This document shows, piece after piece, positions 13,166 through 26,186 of a DNA stretch of 64,000 bases. This DNA is from Squalus acanthias (Eukaryota). Position 1 is the first letter of the stretch. The number at the start of each line of letters is the position of its first letter. The position numbers were made by a program, and so were the translations under genes. The stretch is taken from the NCBI GenBank assembly GCA_030390025.1, contig CM059433.1, forward strand, positions 26,786,001 through 26,850,000. The letters run 5' to 3'. The notes beneath the pieces are model-generated. The model was not told the origin of the DNA and did not search any database. It saw nothing but the letters and a program-made list of their open reading frames with translations.

Positions 13166-13629
13166 AAAGAAATCAATTACTGAAAGGCTACAACTTGTCT
13201 GACTTTATTGCCCATTTTATATGGGCGAGCTGAGTGTACAGCACATCCCTCACAAAAAAAATTTGAGAATCGTGCTCGTGCTCATTATCATTGTATTAGT
13301 GTTGATTTGAATATTTAAATTGAATATTTGCATATTTTGCATGAGAGTACTTCAAGTAAGCCCAAAGAGCTAATAGGCCAAGGATCTAGCAAAAGCGAAT
13401 CCTGACCTGATTTATTTCCTTTCTGATGATCTTGAAATTCCATGCCAACCAACCGATCCCACTGGCCAGAAAATATACCCATGGGGCCCAGCTTCCCAGT
13501 AAAAAGAGCAGCAACTTACTTGATGAAAAAATGGTTAGATTGCATGACTCAGAATACAGTTCTCCAATAGTGATTCTACTGACAGTATCATCCCAAATGT
13601 AACTAAGCTTTTTCATATCACTGCCATAT

Positions 13630-13975
13630 CACTTCAAACGGACACTGATGCATTGGACTGAGCTCAGAAAAGAAGTGGCAAGTTGATTCCAGGATGGAGC
13701 ACTCTAACAGAAACTCATAGAATGAACTTGTTTCCACTAGAGAAGAGAAAATTGAGAAGAGATATGATCCAAGTAGAACTTACAGGAATAGACAGTATGG
13801 ATAAAAACAGGTTATTGAACTTTGACTATCAGGGCAGATCTAAGGATATGGGCATAAAAATAACAATTCTCAAGCAAAGCTAGCAATCAGAAGGAATGTT
13901 TCCCACAGAGTAGTGAATATTTGAGACAGATTCCCAGCTAAAACAGTTAATGCTACTCTCATATCTGTTCAAGAA
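13630..13975 (+). mobile_element. Old, diverged CR1 3' fragment
   Basis: LFPLEKRKLRRDMIQV resembles the CR1 ORF2 C-terminal LFSLE.RRLRGDLI motif. Confidence 0.6.
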
Positions 13976-14009
13976 CAGAATTTATGGTTGTGCAGACAGG
14001 TACAGGCAG

Positions 14010-14243
14010 AAAACAAAAGAAAATACTGCGGATGCTGGAAATCTGAAATAAAAACAGAAAAAGCTGGAAATACTCAGCATGTCAGGCAGCATCTGTGGAG
14101 ACAGAAACTGAGTTAAAGTTTCAGGCTGATGACCTTTCGTCAGAGCTGTAAGATGAACAGATTTTAGGCAAGTACACAGCCAGGGAAAAGGGGGCAGGAA
14201 AAGACCAAAATGAAGGTCTGTGACAGGGTGGAGGGCAGGAGTG
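14010..14243 (-). mobile_element. Penelope-like element terminal segment
   Basis: AATACTGCGGATGCTGGAAATCTGAAATAAAAACAGAAAA...CAGGCAGCATCTGTGGAG resembles the terminal sequence of elasmobranch Penelope-like repeats; same strand as the RT/GIY-YIG piece at 15798-16780. Confidence 0.6.
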
Positions 14244-14439
14244 ATTCAAGAAGGCGGCTCACCACCACCTTTTCAAGGGCAATTAGGGCTGGGCAATAAA
14301 TGCTGGCCTTGCCAGCGATGCCCCCATCCCAGGAAAAAATAAAAAAATAAATAAAAAGGAGGATGGTGCAAGGCAAAAGGGTAGAAATTTCTCCAATTAA
14401 ATATTGGGAAGACAAAAGCCATGATCTTTGGCCCCCCGC

Positions 14440-15052
14440 CACACATAAATACTGTGGCTACAAGAGCAGGTTAGAGGCTGGGTATTCTGCAGCGGGTGTC
14501 TCACCTCTACACTCACCAAATCCTTTCCACCATCTACAAGACACAAGTCAGGAGTGTGATGGAATACTCTCCACTTGCCTGGATGAGTGCAGCTCCAACA
14601 ACACTCAAGAAGCTCGACACCATCCAGGACAAAGCAGCCCGCTTGATTGGCACCACCATAAACTTTCAGTTCCTCCACCACCAGCGCAACATGACTGCAG
14701 TGTGTACCATCTACAAGATGCACTGCAGCAACTCGCCAAGGCTTCTTCGAGAGCACCTCCCAAACCCACGACCTCTACCACCTAGAAGGACAAGGGCAGC
14801 AGGTGCATGGGAACACCACCCACTCAAGTTCCCCTCAAAGTCACACACCATCCTGACTTGGAAATATATCACCGTTCCTTCATCGTTGCTGGGTCAAAAT
14901 CCTGGAACTCCCTCCCTAATAGCACTATGGGAGTACCTTCACCACACGGACTGCAGTGGTTCAAGAAGGCGGCTCACCACCACCTTCTCAAGCAATAAAT
15001 GCTGGCCTTGCCAGCGACGCCCATATCCTGTGAATTAATAAATTAAAAAAAA
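14440..15052 (+). mobile_element. Second-family CR1-clade LINE 3' fragment
   Basis: ORF 14496..15038 IYKTQVRSVMEYSPLAWMSAAPTTLKKLDTIQDKAARLI plus the family tail. Confidence 0.9.
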
Positions 15053-15054
15053 AT

Positions 15055-15797
15055 CAAAGCTCTGTTCCCTAGCCACTGAATCCATTCCCCTTCCTGGCCA
15101 CTGTCTTATTTGACCCCATATTCTCTCCATCACCAAAACATCCTACTTCCACTTTTGTAATATCGTCCATCTCCGTACCTGCCTCAGCCCATCTGCTGCT
15201 GAAACCCTCATCCATGCCTTTTTTTCCACTAGACTCGACTATTCCAATGCTCTCCTGGCCAGCTTCCTATCCTCCACCCACCGTAAACTTCAGATCCTCC
15301 AAACCTCTGCTACCCGTATCCAAACTCGTACCAAGTCCCATTCACCCAGCGCCCTTGTGCTCGCTGATTTGCAATTTGCGCCCAGTCCAGCAACGCCTCA
15401 AATTTAAAATTCTCTGTGTTCAAATCCCTCCGTGGCCTCGTTCATCCCGATCTCTGTAAACTCCTCCAGCCCTACAACCTTCTGAGATCTCTGCGCTCCT
15501 CCAGTTCTGGCCTCTTGCACTTCCTCGATTTTTATCGCTCCACCATTGACAGCTGTGCCTTCAGTTGTCTAGGCCCTAAGCTCTTGTATTCCCTCCCTAA
15601 ACGTACCCGCCTCTCTACCTCTCTCTCCTCCTTTAAAACGCTTCTTAAAACCTACCTCTTTCACCAAGCTTTTGGTTGCCTGTCCTAATATCTCCTTATG
15701 TGGCTCGGTGTCAAAATTTGACTGAAACGCTCCTGTGATGCAGCTTGGGACATTTTACTACATTAAAAACACTATATAAATGCAAGTTGTTATTGTT
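15055..15797 (+). mobile_element. L2-clade LINE 3' fragment
   Basis: AAETLIHAF..RLDYSNALLA-like and LSTSLSSFKTLLKTYLF motifs; tail ...TATATAAATGCAAGTTGTT. Confidence 0.85.
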
Positions 15798-16780
15798 CCT
15801 TGAGCTTGCGTTGAGCTTCATTGGAACCGTGTAGGAGGACAAGGACAGAGAGGTCAGTGTGCGATTGGGAAGGATAATTAAAGTGGTAAGCAATCAGAAG
15901 CTCTGGGTCACATTTGCAGACTGAATGGAAGTGTTGAACAAAGCTATCACCCTATCTGCATTTGGTCTCCCCAACGGAGAGGACATCATATCGTGAGCAG
16001 TGAATACAGTATACTAAGTTAGAAGAAGTACAAGTAAATCGCTGTTTCACCTGGAAGGAGTGTTTGAGGCCTGAACAGTGGGAAGGGAAGAGGTGAAAGG
16101 GCAGGTGTTGCTTCTCCTACACTTGCACGGGAAGGTGCCAGGGAAAGGAGATGGAAGAGTGGACTAAGGTGTCGCGGAGAGACGGTCCCTTCAGAATACT
16201 GAAAAAATGGGAGGTATGGGGAAGATGTGTTTGGTGGTAGCATCACGCTGCAGGCGGTGGAAATGGCGGAGCATGATCCATTGAATGTAGAGGCTTGCGG
16301 GATGGAAGGTCAGGACAAGGGGAACCTTATCACGATTCTGGGAGGGAGGGGAACGGGTGAGGGCAGAAGTACAGGAAATGGGACGGGCATGGTTGAGGGC
16401 TCTGTTAACCACCGTGGAGAGGAATCCTTGGCTGAGGAAAAAATAAAACATTTTGGATGCACTGGAGTGGAAGGAGGCATCATTGGAACAGATGTGACAG
16501 AGAAGGAGAAACTGGGAGAATGGAATAGAGTCCTTACAGGAAGTGGGGTGTGAGGAAGTGTAGTCAAGGTAGCTGTGGGAGTCAGTGGGCTTGTAGTAGA
16601 TATTGGTCAACAGCCCATCCCCAGAAATGGAGATAGAAAAGTTTAGGAAGGGAAGAGAATAGTCAGAGATGGACCATGTGACGGTAAGGGAGGGGTGGAA
16701 GTTAAAGCAAAGTTGCTGAAATTTTCCAGTTCATGGTGACAACCTTGGAAAATGAGGTCAGGGAGAAGACCTGAGTAGGA
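15798..16780 (-). mobile_element. Penelope-like retroelement, RT C-terminus + GIY-YIG endonuclease remnant
   Basis: ORF 16191..16610 NIYYKPTDSHSYLDYTSSHP...IPFSQFL..ICS. The minus strand near 15935-16020 reads LVYCIHCSRYDVLSVGETKCR*GDSFVQH (GIY-YIG-like). Confidence 0.88.
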
Positions 16781-18544
16781 CCTAGATACAGATAGAGAAG
16801 GCGGGGAATGTTGCTGTGAGGTGGAGGTCCAGGAAATCAGGCGGGGATCCCTTTTGTCAACCTTCATCCAATTAGACCACCGCATCATCTTTTAGGTTTT
16901 TTAAGCCATCCTAAAGTATGCTCAGCCATTCTTTGAGAACATTATAATATATGGTCCTGTCCCTTATGTTCTTATGACCGTGCTGTGCTGTGCGCTCTGC
17001 TCACCCCTCTGGATGAAAAGGGAAGCTCTGTGCGTAATGCGGCAGATCTTTTCCTCATCTTTCGTTTTCCAGTGCTTTTTTGATGCTGGGTTTTTGTTCT
17101 TTTTCTCTTTCAATTTTTTTTCTCTGAATTTTTTCTGTGTTTTTTTTGTTAAGTTTTTTTCAACTCACAATATATAGTGAAAATTTCAGCAGAAGCCAAA
17201 TTGCCAAATATTGTCTGTAAAGTCATCAGAAAAACAACTGCAATAGTTCAGAGAACGATAGATGCTTATAAAGGGGCATGAGAAGGACCTCTTACAATAT
17301 AAGCGTTCATTGTGGTTTAAAGAGTGACAATCTAACTACAAGCTACAGAATCATGTGACAGTCAGCAAATTCACTTAAAATTAATAATGGGAGTTGTTTT
17401 TAACGCACTCCAAATATAGCATTTCATGACTGAAGTGGTATAAGATGAAAGAAGGCATGTTATGGAGATCAGCGGGCACCAGAGTCAGAGTACCCAGTCT
17501 CATCATTATGCCACCAGCACTATATGGAGGCACTCTCACACCTACCTGTCAATGACTGGGGACAACTCCCTCTGCACATCAGCATGGAGCCAATTGCAAA
17601 TTTGTACAATCTGCTGCCAGAATACCTGCACCCAACCTATACTTGGATAAATACTTGATAGGAAAACAAGTATAGGGCTTATGGGGAAAGGGCAGGGAAG
17701 TGGGACTAATTAGATCGTTCTTTCAAAGAGCCGGCACAGGCACCACGGGCTGAGTGGCCTACTTCTGTGCTGTTAGATTCTATGATTCAATATGATTCTA
17801 TATAGTTGGGATGGGACTGGTCACCATTGTCCTCACCTTTTCTGTCTCTTCCTCCTTCCAGGCTAGCATGTGGGATACCTGCAGTAACAGCCAATGAGCT
17901 TGATACATGTGTTCACTGTAGAATGTCTGATGTGGCAGATGTTCCCTGTGGTGACTTGGAAATGGTAGAATGAAAGTTTTGTGCTGTAGTAACTTTCACC
18001 TGCAGGGAAAGAGCCCTGCCAGTTCCAGATGTTATCTGCTGGCCATCCTGCAGCAGACAGTACGGCTCTCCAACAATCTGTCTTGTGAAGCAGAGCCAGC
18101 AAAGTCAAGTCTCCTTGGATATGTCCAGGTGTGGAAGGCTCTATGTTTGCAGGTCTCGGTGTGATAATGGGTGTGGGCCAAACACCTCAGGTGGTGTTAC
18201 ACCATCATTTGTTCGCCCTTCATTAACTCATCTTCCTCATCTAAATCATGCAATACCGTAGGAACCCCAAAAGGAATTTTCATCCTCATGACTTTATATG
18301 GTGTTATATAAATGGCAGCAGGCAAGAGTAACGAAGGAAAGTACTGGAGAAAAAAACCTCAAAAATGGTGGGCTTCACAGCAAAACTAACTAATACATGC
18401 AGCAAAACTAACTAATACATGCAGCAAAATTTGCAAACTCAATTATTTTAAAGCAGCTCAAACAATAATCTCCTTTTAAGAAGCCTACTTGGGCAGGCCA
18501 GCCCCCCAAGACTCCCAAAGTGTCCATTTAATATGGATGAGGTG

Positions 18545-18826
18545 GGATTTCCTCGCTCAGCTAATTTGAATATGTGAGGTGGCGAGATTGTTGGAGAAAT
18601 GGAGGCTTGAGATGGCAGAAGCACAGATCAGGGTCTCAGCAGCAGTGATACCAGGAGCGTACTTTGTAACTCATGCAGGAAAAGAGCAGTGGGAACGAAA
18701 ATCACAGTTCCACAGCTACTACAGTGACTACACTTCAAAAAGTACTTCATTGGCTGTAAAGCGCTTTGGGACGTCCGGTGGTCGTGAAAGGCGCTATACA
18801 ACTGCAAGTCTTTCTTTCTTTCTTTC
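18545..18826. mobile_element. Composite insertion ending in a Deu-SINE 3' tail, flanked by a ~70 bp direct duplication
   Basis: 18715-18826 matches the SINE tail at 1140-1235; flanks 18475-18544 and 18827-18894 are near-identical. Confidence 0.75.
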
Positions 18827-21451
18827 TTTAAGAAGCCTACTTGGGCAGGCCAGCCCCAAGACTCCCAAAGTGTCCATTTAATATGGATGAGGTGCACCTC
18901 ATCAGGAAGATAGAGGACCAAATTTAAATAAATATTCCATCCTAATGTGGTTCTTGAATGCCTGTAGCATATCCACATTCTTCCCCATCCCAAAACTGCA
19001 TGTTGCAAGATGCATTTCAAAATGAATCGGCCACGATTCCCTTTAAGTGCCCACCTTCCCTTTAAATGGCAGCTGCAGCCCTTTATGAGCTGTGCTGCAC
19101 TGGATATTCCACTATCCCACCGCTTAATCAAGCTCCCAGTTAGAGGCCGAATGCTGGCTGAGAGCCTGCAATGCCTCCATGATTAGGGCTGACCCTGGAA
19201 GATTCAATGGAGTTTGCCATCCCTATTTTGTGTAAGCAGAAAGCTTGTAGTGCACCTGCCCTGCAGCCCAAGTGCCAATGAAAGCAAATTCATCAAGGAT
19301 GTTTACCACAGGGTGTAAGGTTAGCCAGCTACTCTGGAGTTTGCTTGGTTTACATTGGGTGTCAGGGAGAAACGTTGGAGAATATTTTGCACAGGAAATG
19401 AAAGTGATACAGGGGACTGCACATGGACTGCAGAAGGAATAGGGTTGATGTAATGAATGAAAGCTTCTTATTCAATGTTGTATGCTTATGTTCTTATATG
19501 CTAAGTCATGCGATGCATACTCTCAGCTGAAGTTCATCCCATGGGTAGCTCCCAACTCATCCAGGGTCTCCGGGGAAAGTGTCAAGCTGAAGCCAACAAT
19601 GTCCTCAGAGGAAGACAAAAGATAAGCATAGTTGGAGGTTACAAAGAGAGTATTTTTATACTTTTACAGATCTTTTGCCTCCTTGTTCAAGAGCACAGGC
19701 TTCGAAGTAGTTTGCCCGTCTGCTCCTTCCTTTAGAGAGTGGTCCTTAAGATAAAAAATAATGTACTAAATTTGTGTTTGGGGAAAGAGGGGCGTAACTC
19801 GTTTTCCCATAAAGACAACAAACTAGTACTTAAAAATACAAAAAGGCAGAAGTACTTAAAAAGTAAAACCAGAAAAGGAGAGGAAATGAATGGCAAAGGA
19901 GGCTAAATAGAATAAAAGAAAAAAAGCATGTGCCAATACAATGTGCTATTTTCTATGTTCACCAGAGTATCCCTGCCACAGGTAATACCATGACACTGTC
20001 TCAGATTTCTGGCTAGATTCCCAGTAGTGTCAGTATGTTGGCTGATGATGTGGCATCTGTGGAAATATGATTTTTATTTCCACAGTTGCCAGACCACACA
20101 AGTGTTAGGAGTGATGCAAATCAATGCACAGTTAATGCAACGACATAAGAGAATTATTGTTACGAAAGAGTCCAGTGCGTGTACCGTGTTCAATTCAAAA
20201 TGAGTTGCTTCTGTTAGGCATAACCATATTCTTCGGCACTTACAGCCCTCCAATTTTAAAACATATTTATTCCAGGTTACCCTATCTAACAGCCACATTG
20301 ATCAAAACACATAAATAATGAGGTACAGTATTATAAGCGGTCAATTAGAATAGTGGAAATGTTATAAGATTGCAAAGATAGTAGTGGGACTTATTATTAC
20401 TTCTTTATAAAATATTAATTATGCTTGAACTCCATTGTCTTGTGTGCATTTTCATACCTTCTCTAACAATTTCCACTCGACCGACCAGCATACAGTATGG
20501 AAAACAGTTGTAGCATTGCCACATGACAGATCTCAATAGATTCCATAGCTTCCGTTAAGCTAGCGTCTATAAATCCACCAATGATGTCATATATCATCAT
20601 GAAAGTCGACATTTTTTTTTATAACTGCACGGTGACCCAAGTTAATATGGCCCCGATTTACCGGCAGTCTTTTATTGCAGACAGTCTTATGTCTGCATTT
20701 ATATTGCTGATGTGTTTTGTAGGTTGCATACCAGAAGCTAGTAACACGCTGAAAATTCCCGTTTAGAAAGACCATTCACAGAAAAATTCGGGCCACATGC
20801 ACAACGATGATGGCTGCCGTGTGACTTTTAAATAAATTCTTCCCCGGGAATGGCTTTTCTTCAAGTGTCAAAAACAGCAAATGCACACTGCTCATCTGAC
20901 ATGTCAATGAGTTATATAATCCTTGGTACCTACTCTATCAGCACTGTGTCAAAGTAACCTTAAATTGTTGTTGATGTTGCCCAGCTGTTGTTGTCACCAC
21001 AGAAAATGTCTCCTGTTAATTAGAATTAGTAAGTTGGGTTGTATTTATTTGTTTTTCCTATATAGTGGCTGAGATGATAACAGATCTGCAGACAATATAC
21101 TTCACAGTACCACAGAAAGTTGCACCTTGTCATTGAGGATACTTATTGACACCTGCCTGGAACCATCCTGCTCCATAGACTACCCATTTTTGGAATATTA
21201 TAACAATTTAAGGTTTATGACCAGCTCAAGGAGATTCCACTGATATTTTTATTCTTTCTAGAAAAATGGTTATTCTTTCTATAAAAATGGTTTAGAACTC
21301 AGGGTAATCCACTGAGAAACTAAGCACAGCTTTCATTCCTTTCTACTCCCCAAAACCATACCTAGCAAGTTGTAGACGCACTGCCTCATGAAAGTTACAG
21401 CTATGTTTCAAAACTCATACTTGACAATTCCTATGTTTTTGGTAATACATA

Positions 21452-22086
21452 GGGGGAGAAATTGCACTTGTGCCCAAAATGGGCGGCATGTCAGTGGAGC
21501 GGACATTCCACGCATTGGTCCGCGCTGGCGTGAGGCCCATGCCAAATTCGGCACCAGGCTTCATCTGCATTTAACCAGCAAGCTGTACACACCAATCGGG
21601 CATCTGGAAACAACTTGCCAGAACCAACGGCAGCAACTTCGGCTGGCTACGCTGCCGGCAGCGGCCCTCAACTCAATCCTGTGAGGAGGGGGGAAGCGAT
21701 GCTGAGAGGAAGCGAGCCCTGGCCTGCAGCCTGCAGTTGTTTCCTGGAGACAGGAGGAGAACTCTTGCTCCTTCCGACTCCACAAAATAGAAATGTCTGC
21801 TAAGTTTTTGGCCTTTTTTCAGTGGCGTCCAGCAGTCCATTTAAGGACCGTTGGTTAAGTCGCTCTAGACCGGGAAGAGCTATCAAGTGCCACCTAGCTG
21901 CTGTCCAATGTCACATCTGGGTCCTACAACCAGTACAGGCCTCCAGTTGCACATCAAGCCTCCACCTGTTCCAATTTTTCGTGAGGTACACTTCCGAGGT
22001 AATCAGGCGCAGAAGATCGCAACCTGATTCCTGTTTCATCTATTTCGCACCCGAAAAATAGGGCATCGATGTCCAATTTCTCACCC
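21452..22086. mobile_element. Harbinger-type MITE, family C
   Basis: TIRs GGGGGAGAAATTG / CAATTTCTCACCC; TSD ATA on both sides. Confidence 0.85.
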
Positions 22087-22424
22087 ATAGTTTTCATAAC
22101 AAGCTTCAGTTTACTCTTCAAATGGCCCCACTGCAACAAAATGTTAGTAGAGCTTCTCAACAGCCCACTGAACAGGTTGATGATGTTGTTTTGAATGATA
22201 GGCACACTTTGTATTGATTTATAAACAATGCGCATTCCCATTGTTGAAAATAATGAGATAAGATGATCTATTAAATTGGTACACCAACCCCAAACTCAGC
22301 AGTATAGCAATCAATTTCAAAGTACTGCGCTAAACTGTAGCAGTGAATAAGCACCAAAACGTTTCTAGTAGTCGAGATACTGGAGCTGGTAGTCTATCTT
22401 TTCAATCTTCCTGGTTGTAAGATT

Positions 22425-23157
22425 GGTTTGGATCTTGCTGGAAAAAATAACGTGGTAACGACGTGCACTGTTATTAATGCGCAAATTGGCCAGCTAGTTC
22501 AGGGGATTAAGAGCTAAGGCATGAGTTACGAATCTCCAGAACTTGCTGGTCAACTTACGTCACTCCGCTGTTTGCTTCGCACAACTGGCATCTCGTCCTT
22601 AGCCTCCCCGTTATGTGAAGAACTTACTGGATTTGCACATTAATTGCCCATTAAACTCGTCGCAAAGTTAGGACTTGAATTTAACAGTGTAACCTTTTTA
22701 ACACTGTGATAATTGTTAATGCAATGCCATTCAACCTCTTGGCACAGAAAGGGAACAATTTAAACTGTTGAATCTCATTCCTGCATGTAGTAAGTTGTTA
22801 GAGATTTTTAAAATATCAAATTTAAATTATTAAATTTCTTTTCTTACTTTTCCTTTCTGTTTCTTTTTTCTCTCTTAACCCAATCTTTCTTCCCTTACTT
22901 TATTTCTCTTTCAGTGCCTGATTTGACTCTCATTCACCCTCCTTCTCAGTCATTCTCTGTTTCTTTCTCAATCCTTCAATCTCATTGGTTAAGGAGATAG
23001 TCACTAAGGTCCCAGATGCCCCGTTGCCCTCGCCACGCCATTATCCACTCACACTTCCAGCAAGTAACGGCACAAAACATTTTGAACTGAAGGTTGCAGA
23101 AGACGTTTGACTAACGACGCGCGGCATGAGATGTCCCACTCCAGCAAAATCCAGCCG
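22425..23157. mobile_element. Harbinger-type MITE, family D
   Basis: TIRs GGTTTGGATCTTGCTGG / CCAGCAAAATCCAGCCG; TSD ATT on both sides. Confidence 0.8.
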
Positions 23158-23611
23158 ATTGGATTCAGCAATTTCTAGCAGCATTAGACCTCTATTCTGA
23201 AAGTTTACTGTAGTACACTGCATCTGAAGAACCTTCTGGATACTCGTGAGGCTGGATCGTCCGCTTGGCGAGCGAATAAATATGATTGACTACGTAGTGC
23301 CAAAGTCAACATCACAGTGCTAATTTATCAGTTAATTGACAGATTGAGATCATAGAGAATTGCATAACTATACTGACAATATGAAACTGTTACAGAGAGA
23401 CATGTTACAGTGGAATTGAAGCGCATAAATATTTCAGTACTGGTAAAGTGGAAAAAACAAGTCTGGATATTTACTTTACAAAAAAAGGCAGGAAAAATCG
23501 ACATATTTTTAGTTTTACTTTGTTCCATGTATCTGAAGGTGGTTCCCTTCATTTAAGTCATGATTTAGATCAAATGATTTTAAAATGTTTAGCTATGTAT
23601 TCTGTAACACC

Positions 23612-24402
23612 AAGGATGAGGGGACCAAATGTAATATATCCAAGTTTGCTGATGATACAAAGCTGGGTGCGAATGTAAGTTGTGAGGAGGGTGCAAGGAG
23701 GCTTCAAGGGGATATAGACAGGCTAAGTGAGTGGGCAAGAACATGGCAAATGGAATATAATCTGGAGATATGTGAAGTTATCCATTTTGGTAGGAAAAAT
23801 AGAAAAGCAGAGTATTTTTTAAATGGTGAGAGATTGGGAAATGTTGGTGTTCAGAGGGACCTGGGTGTCCTTGTACACGAATCACTGAAAGCTAACATGC
23901 AGGTACAGCAAGCAATTAGGAAAGAAAATGGTATATTGGCCTTTATTACAAGAGGATTTGAGTATAAGAGTAAAGATGTCTTACTGCAATTATATAGGGC
24001 CCTGGTGAGACCACACCTGGAGTATTGTGTACAGTTTTGGTCTCCTTACCTAAGGAAGGATATACTTGCCATAGAGGGAGTACAATGAAGGTTCACCAGA
24101 CTGGTTCCTGGGATGGGGGGATTGTCCTATGAGGAGAGATTGAGTAGACTAGGCCTATATTCTCTAGAGTTTAGAAGAATGAGAGGTGATCTCATTGAAA
24201 CATACAAAATTCTTACAGGGCTTGACAGGGTAGATGCAGGGAGGATGTTTCCCCTGGCTGGGGAGTCTAGAACTAGGAGTCACAGTCTCAGAATAAGGGG
24301 TCGGCCATTTAGGACTGAGATGAGGAGAAATTTCTTCACTCAGAGGGTGGTGAATCTTTGGAATTCTCTACCCAGAGGGCTGTGGAGGCTCAGTCTTTGA
24401 GT
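23612..24402 (+). mobile_element. CR1 LINE fragment
   Basis: ORFs 23585..24088 and 24113..24400 ([32 protein letters not shown]); very similar to the inverted copy at 43033-44512. Confidence 0.95.
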
Positions 24403-24547
24403 AAAATTGGTTTGTATAATCTCAACCCGACTACGAATTGATTGGCCCGCAGTATAAAACTGTCCATAATTTGGTACAAATTGACAATCTCGGTCTGAGT
24501 AAAGTTATAATTCAAAGTCAGGTCCTAATCAGGTCCAAATCCTAATC

Positions 24548-24795
24548 CAACAACAACAACAACAACAACTTGTATTTATACAGAGCCTTTAATGTAGTAT
24601 AACATCCCAAGGCGCTTCACACGAGCCACATAAAGAGATATTAGGAAAGGTGACAAAAAGCTTGGTCAAAGAGGTAGGTTTTAAGGAGCATCTTAAAGGA
24701 GGAGACAGAGGTAGAGAGGCGGAGAGGTTTAGGGAGGGAATTCCAGCGCTTAGGGCCGAGGCACCTGAAGGCACGGCCGTCAATGGAGTACAGTG
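24548..24795 (-). mobile_element. L2 LINE 3' tail with (CAA)n
   Basis: Reverse complement of the 15560-15797 tail; similar copy at 29645. Confidence 0.8.
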
Positions 24796-24958
24796 GTATG
24801 AGACCCCTTGGGGAGGCCATATTAGTCCTGTGGTCAAGCTGGATTTAAAAAGTGTTCAACAGTCCAAAGGACCTCTTGGACACATTATAAAAAGTAAGCC
24901 GAGTCTTTTGCAATGTTTTGTGAAAGCAGACACTTCTGTTTGCAATCTCAAATAGTAA

Positions 24959-25855
24959 GGGAGAAAAATTCGGTTGCTTTGCGCCTCCCGTTAGCGCCCT
25001 AAGAGGGCGCTAATGGGGCGCAAAGCAACTAGAGCCCGGGCGCGGCGATGTTTGCACCGCTCACGAAATTGCCCAGAAATCTTGTGGTGGCACTAAACAC
25101 TACCGCCACGGTCTCCTGCGCCTGCAGATTGTGACGTCAGTCAAGCGTGCAACGCCCCGGTAGCGCCCCGGATCGAATATTGAGTGGCGCCCCCTTACCG
25201 CCTTACCGCCTGCCGCTAGCAACGACAGGTTGAGGGGAACGTTTTGCAGTCGGGAAGGGACTGGGGGAGCGCTATTTAAAGGCGACCGCTTCCTGACTTT
25301 TTTTGTCAGCGACATTTTTGCACCACGCATTCTGAGAGCGAGAGAGAGACTTCTGGAGAGATTCAACGCTGTGTGAAGGAGTTTTGGGTACTGAGCTGCA
25401 CTTTGCAGGTTCAGTTTGATTTGTCCTTCCTTGCATCGATTTAGAAGAGACTTGAGGGGGCTGCACTCTGAGCTGTTTCCCTGGTTCTCTCCATTGTTCT
25501 TTCCAGCAGAATTGATGTACAGGTTTCTCCAGGGCAAGATTCAAGGCTGCAATAAGCAGAGTGTGGATGGAGAGCAAGATCGACCCTCCCCTTTAAGAAC
25601 TGGCCGGTGCCAGTGTGTCTGTGTTCCATTGCTAACTGACATCACATGAGCTTCGCCAGCGCTCTGAGTTAGCACCTCGCTCCTCGGCGTTAGCGCCTTA
25701 AGAGAGGTGTGTAGCGCCTGATTTAGCGCTCCAATCACCTCCAGGGGCGATAGAAGCCAAGTTTGAAATCGGAGGCGATAATTAGTGCCAGGCGTTAAAC
25801 TTTACGCCCGGCTGATAATTGCGCCCCAAACGGGGCGATACCGAATTTCGGCCCC
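24959..25855. mobile_element. Harbinger-type MITE (family B-related)
   Basis: TIRs GGGAGAAAAATTCGGT / ACCGAATTTCGGCCCC; TSD TAA, the canonical PIF/Harbinger target. Confidence 0.87.
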
Positions 25856-26186
25856 TAAAAGTTTACTGTCTGTGAGCAGAGCACTTTGCATGTATGAATG
25901 GGCAAAGCCCTTTCCTGGCAGCAGAGTGCAATTTGCAGCCAGCCAACATCGTTCTGGCTGCAAATTGCAACCTGCAGCTATCGGTCACAGATGGTTAGCG
26001 CAATATAACTGTAACTCAGAGATAACTTCAGGACAGCTGGCAGCAGGAGGTGGAAATATTCTAACTGGTGGAGGAAAAAGTGCTCCTCTGAGTTGTGCCA
26101 TGCTGTACAGGCAATGCAGTGAAAGCTTTAATCTGTAGAGTTGATTTTCTGAATCCATAACCCCCAGCACAGTACCTCACCAGCCA

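Noticed and set aside
18378..18430. 22-bp tandem duplication CAGCAAAACTAACTAATACATG
   Set aside because: An ordinary slippage duplication with no further structure.
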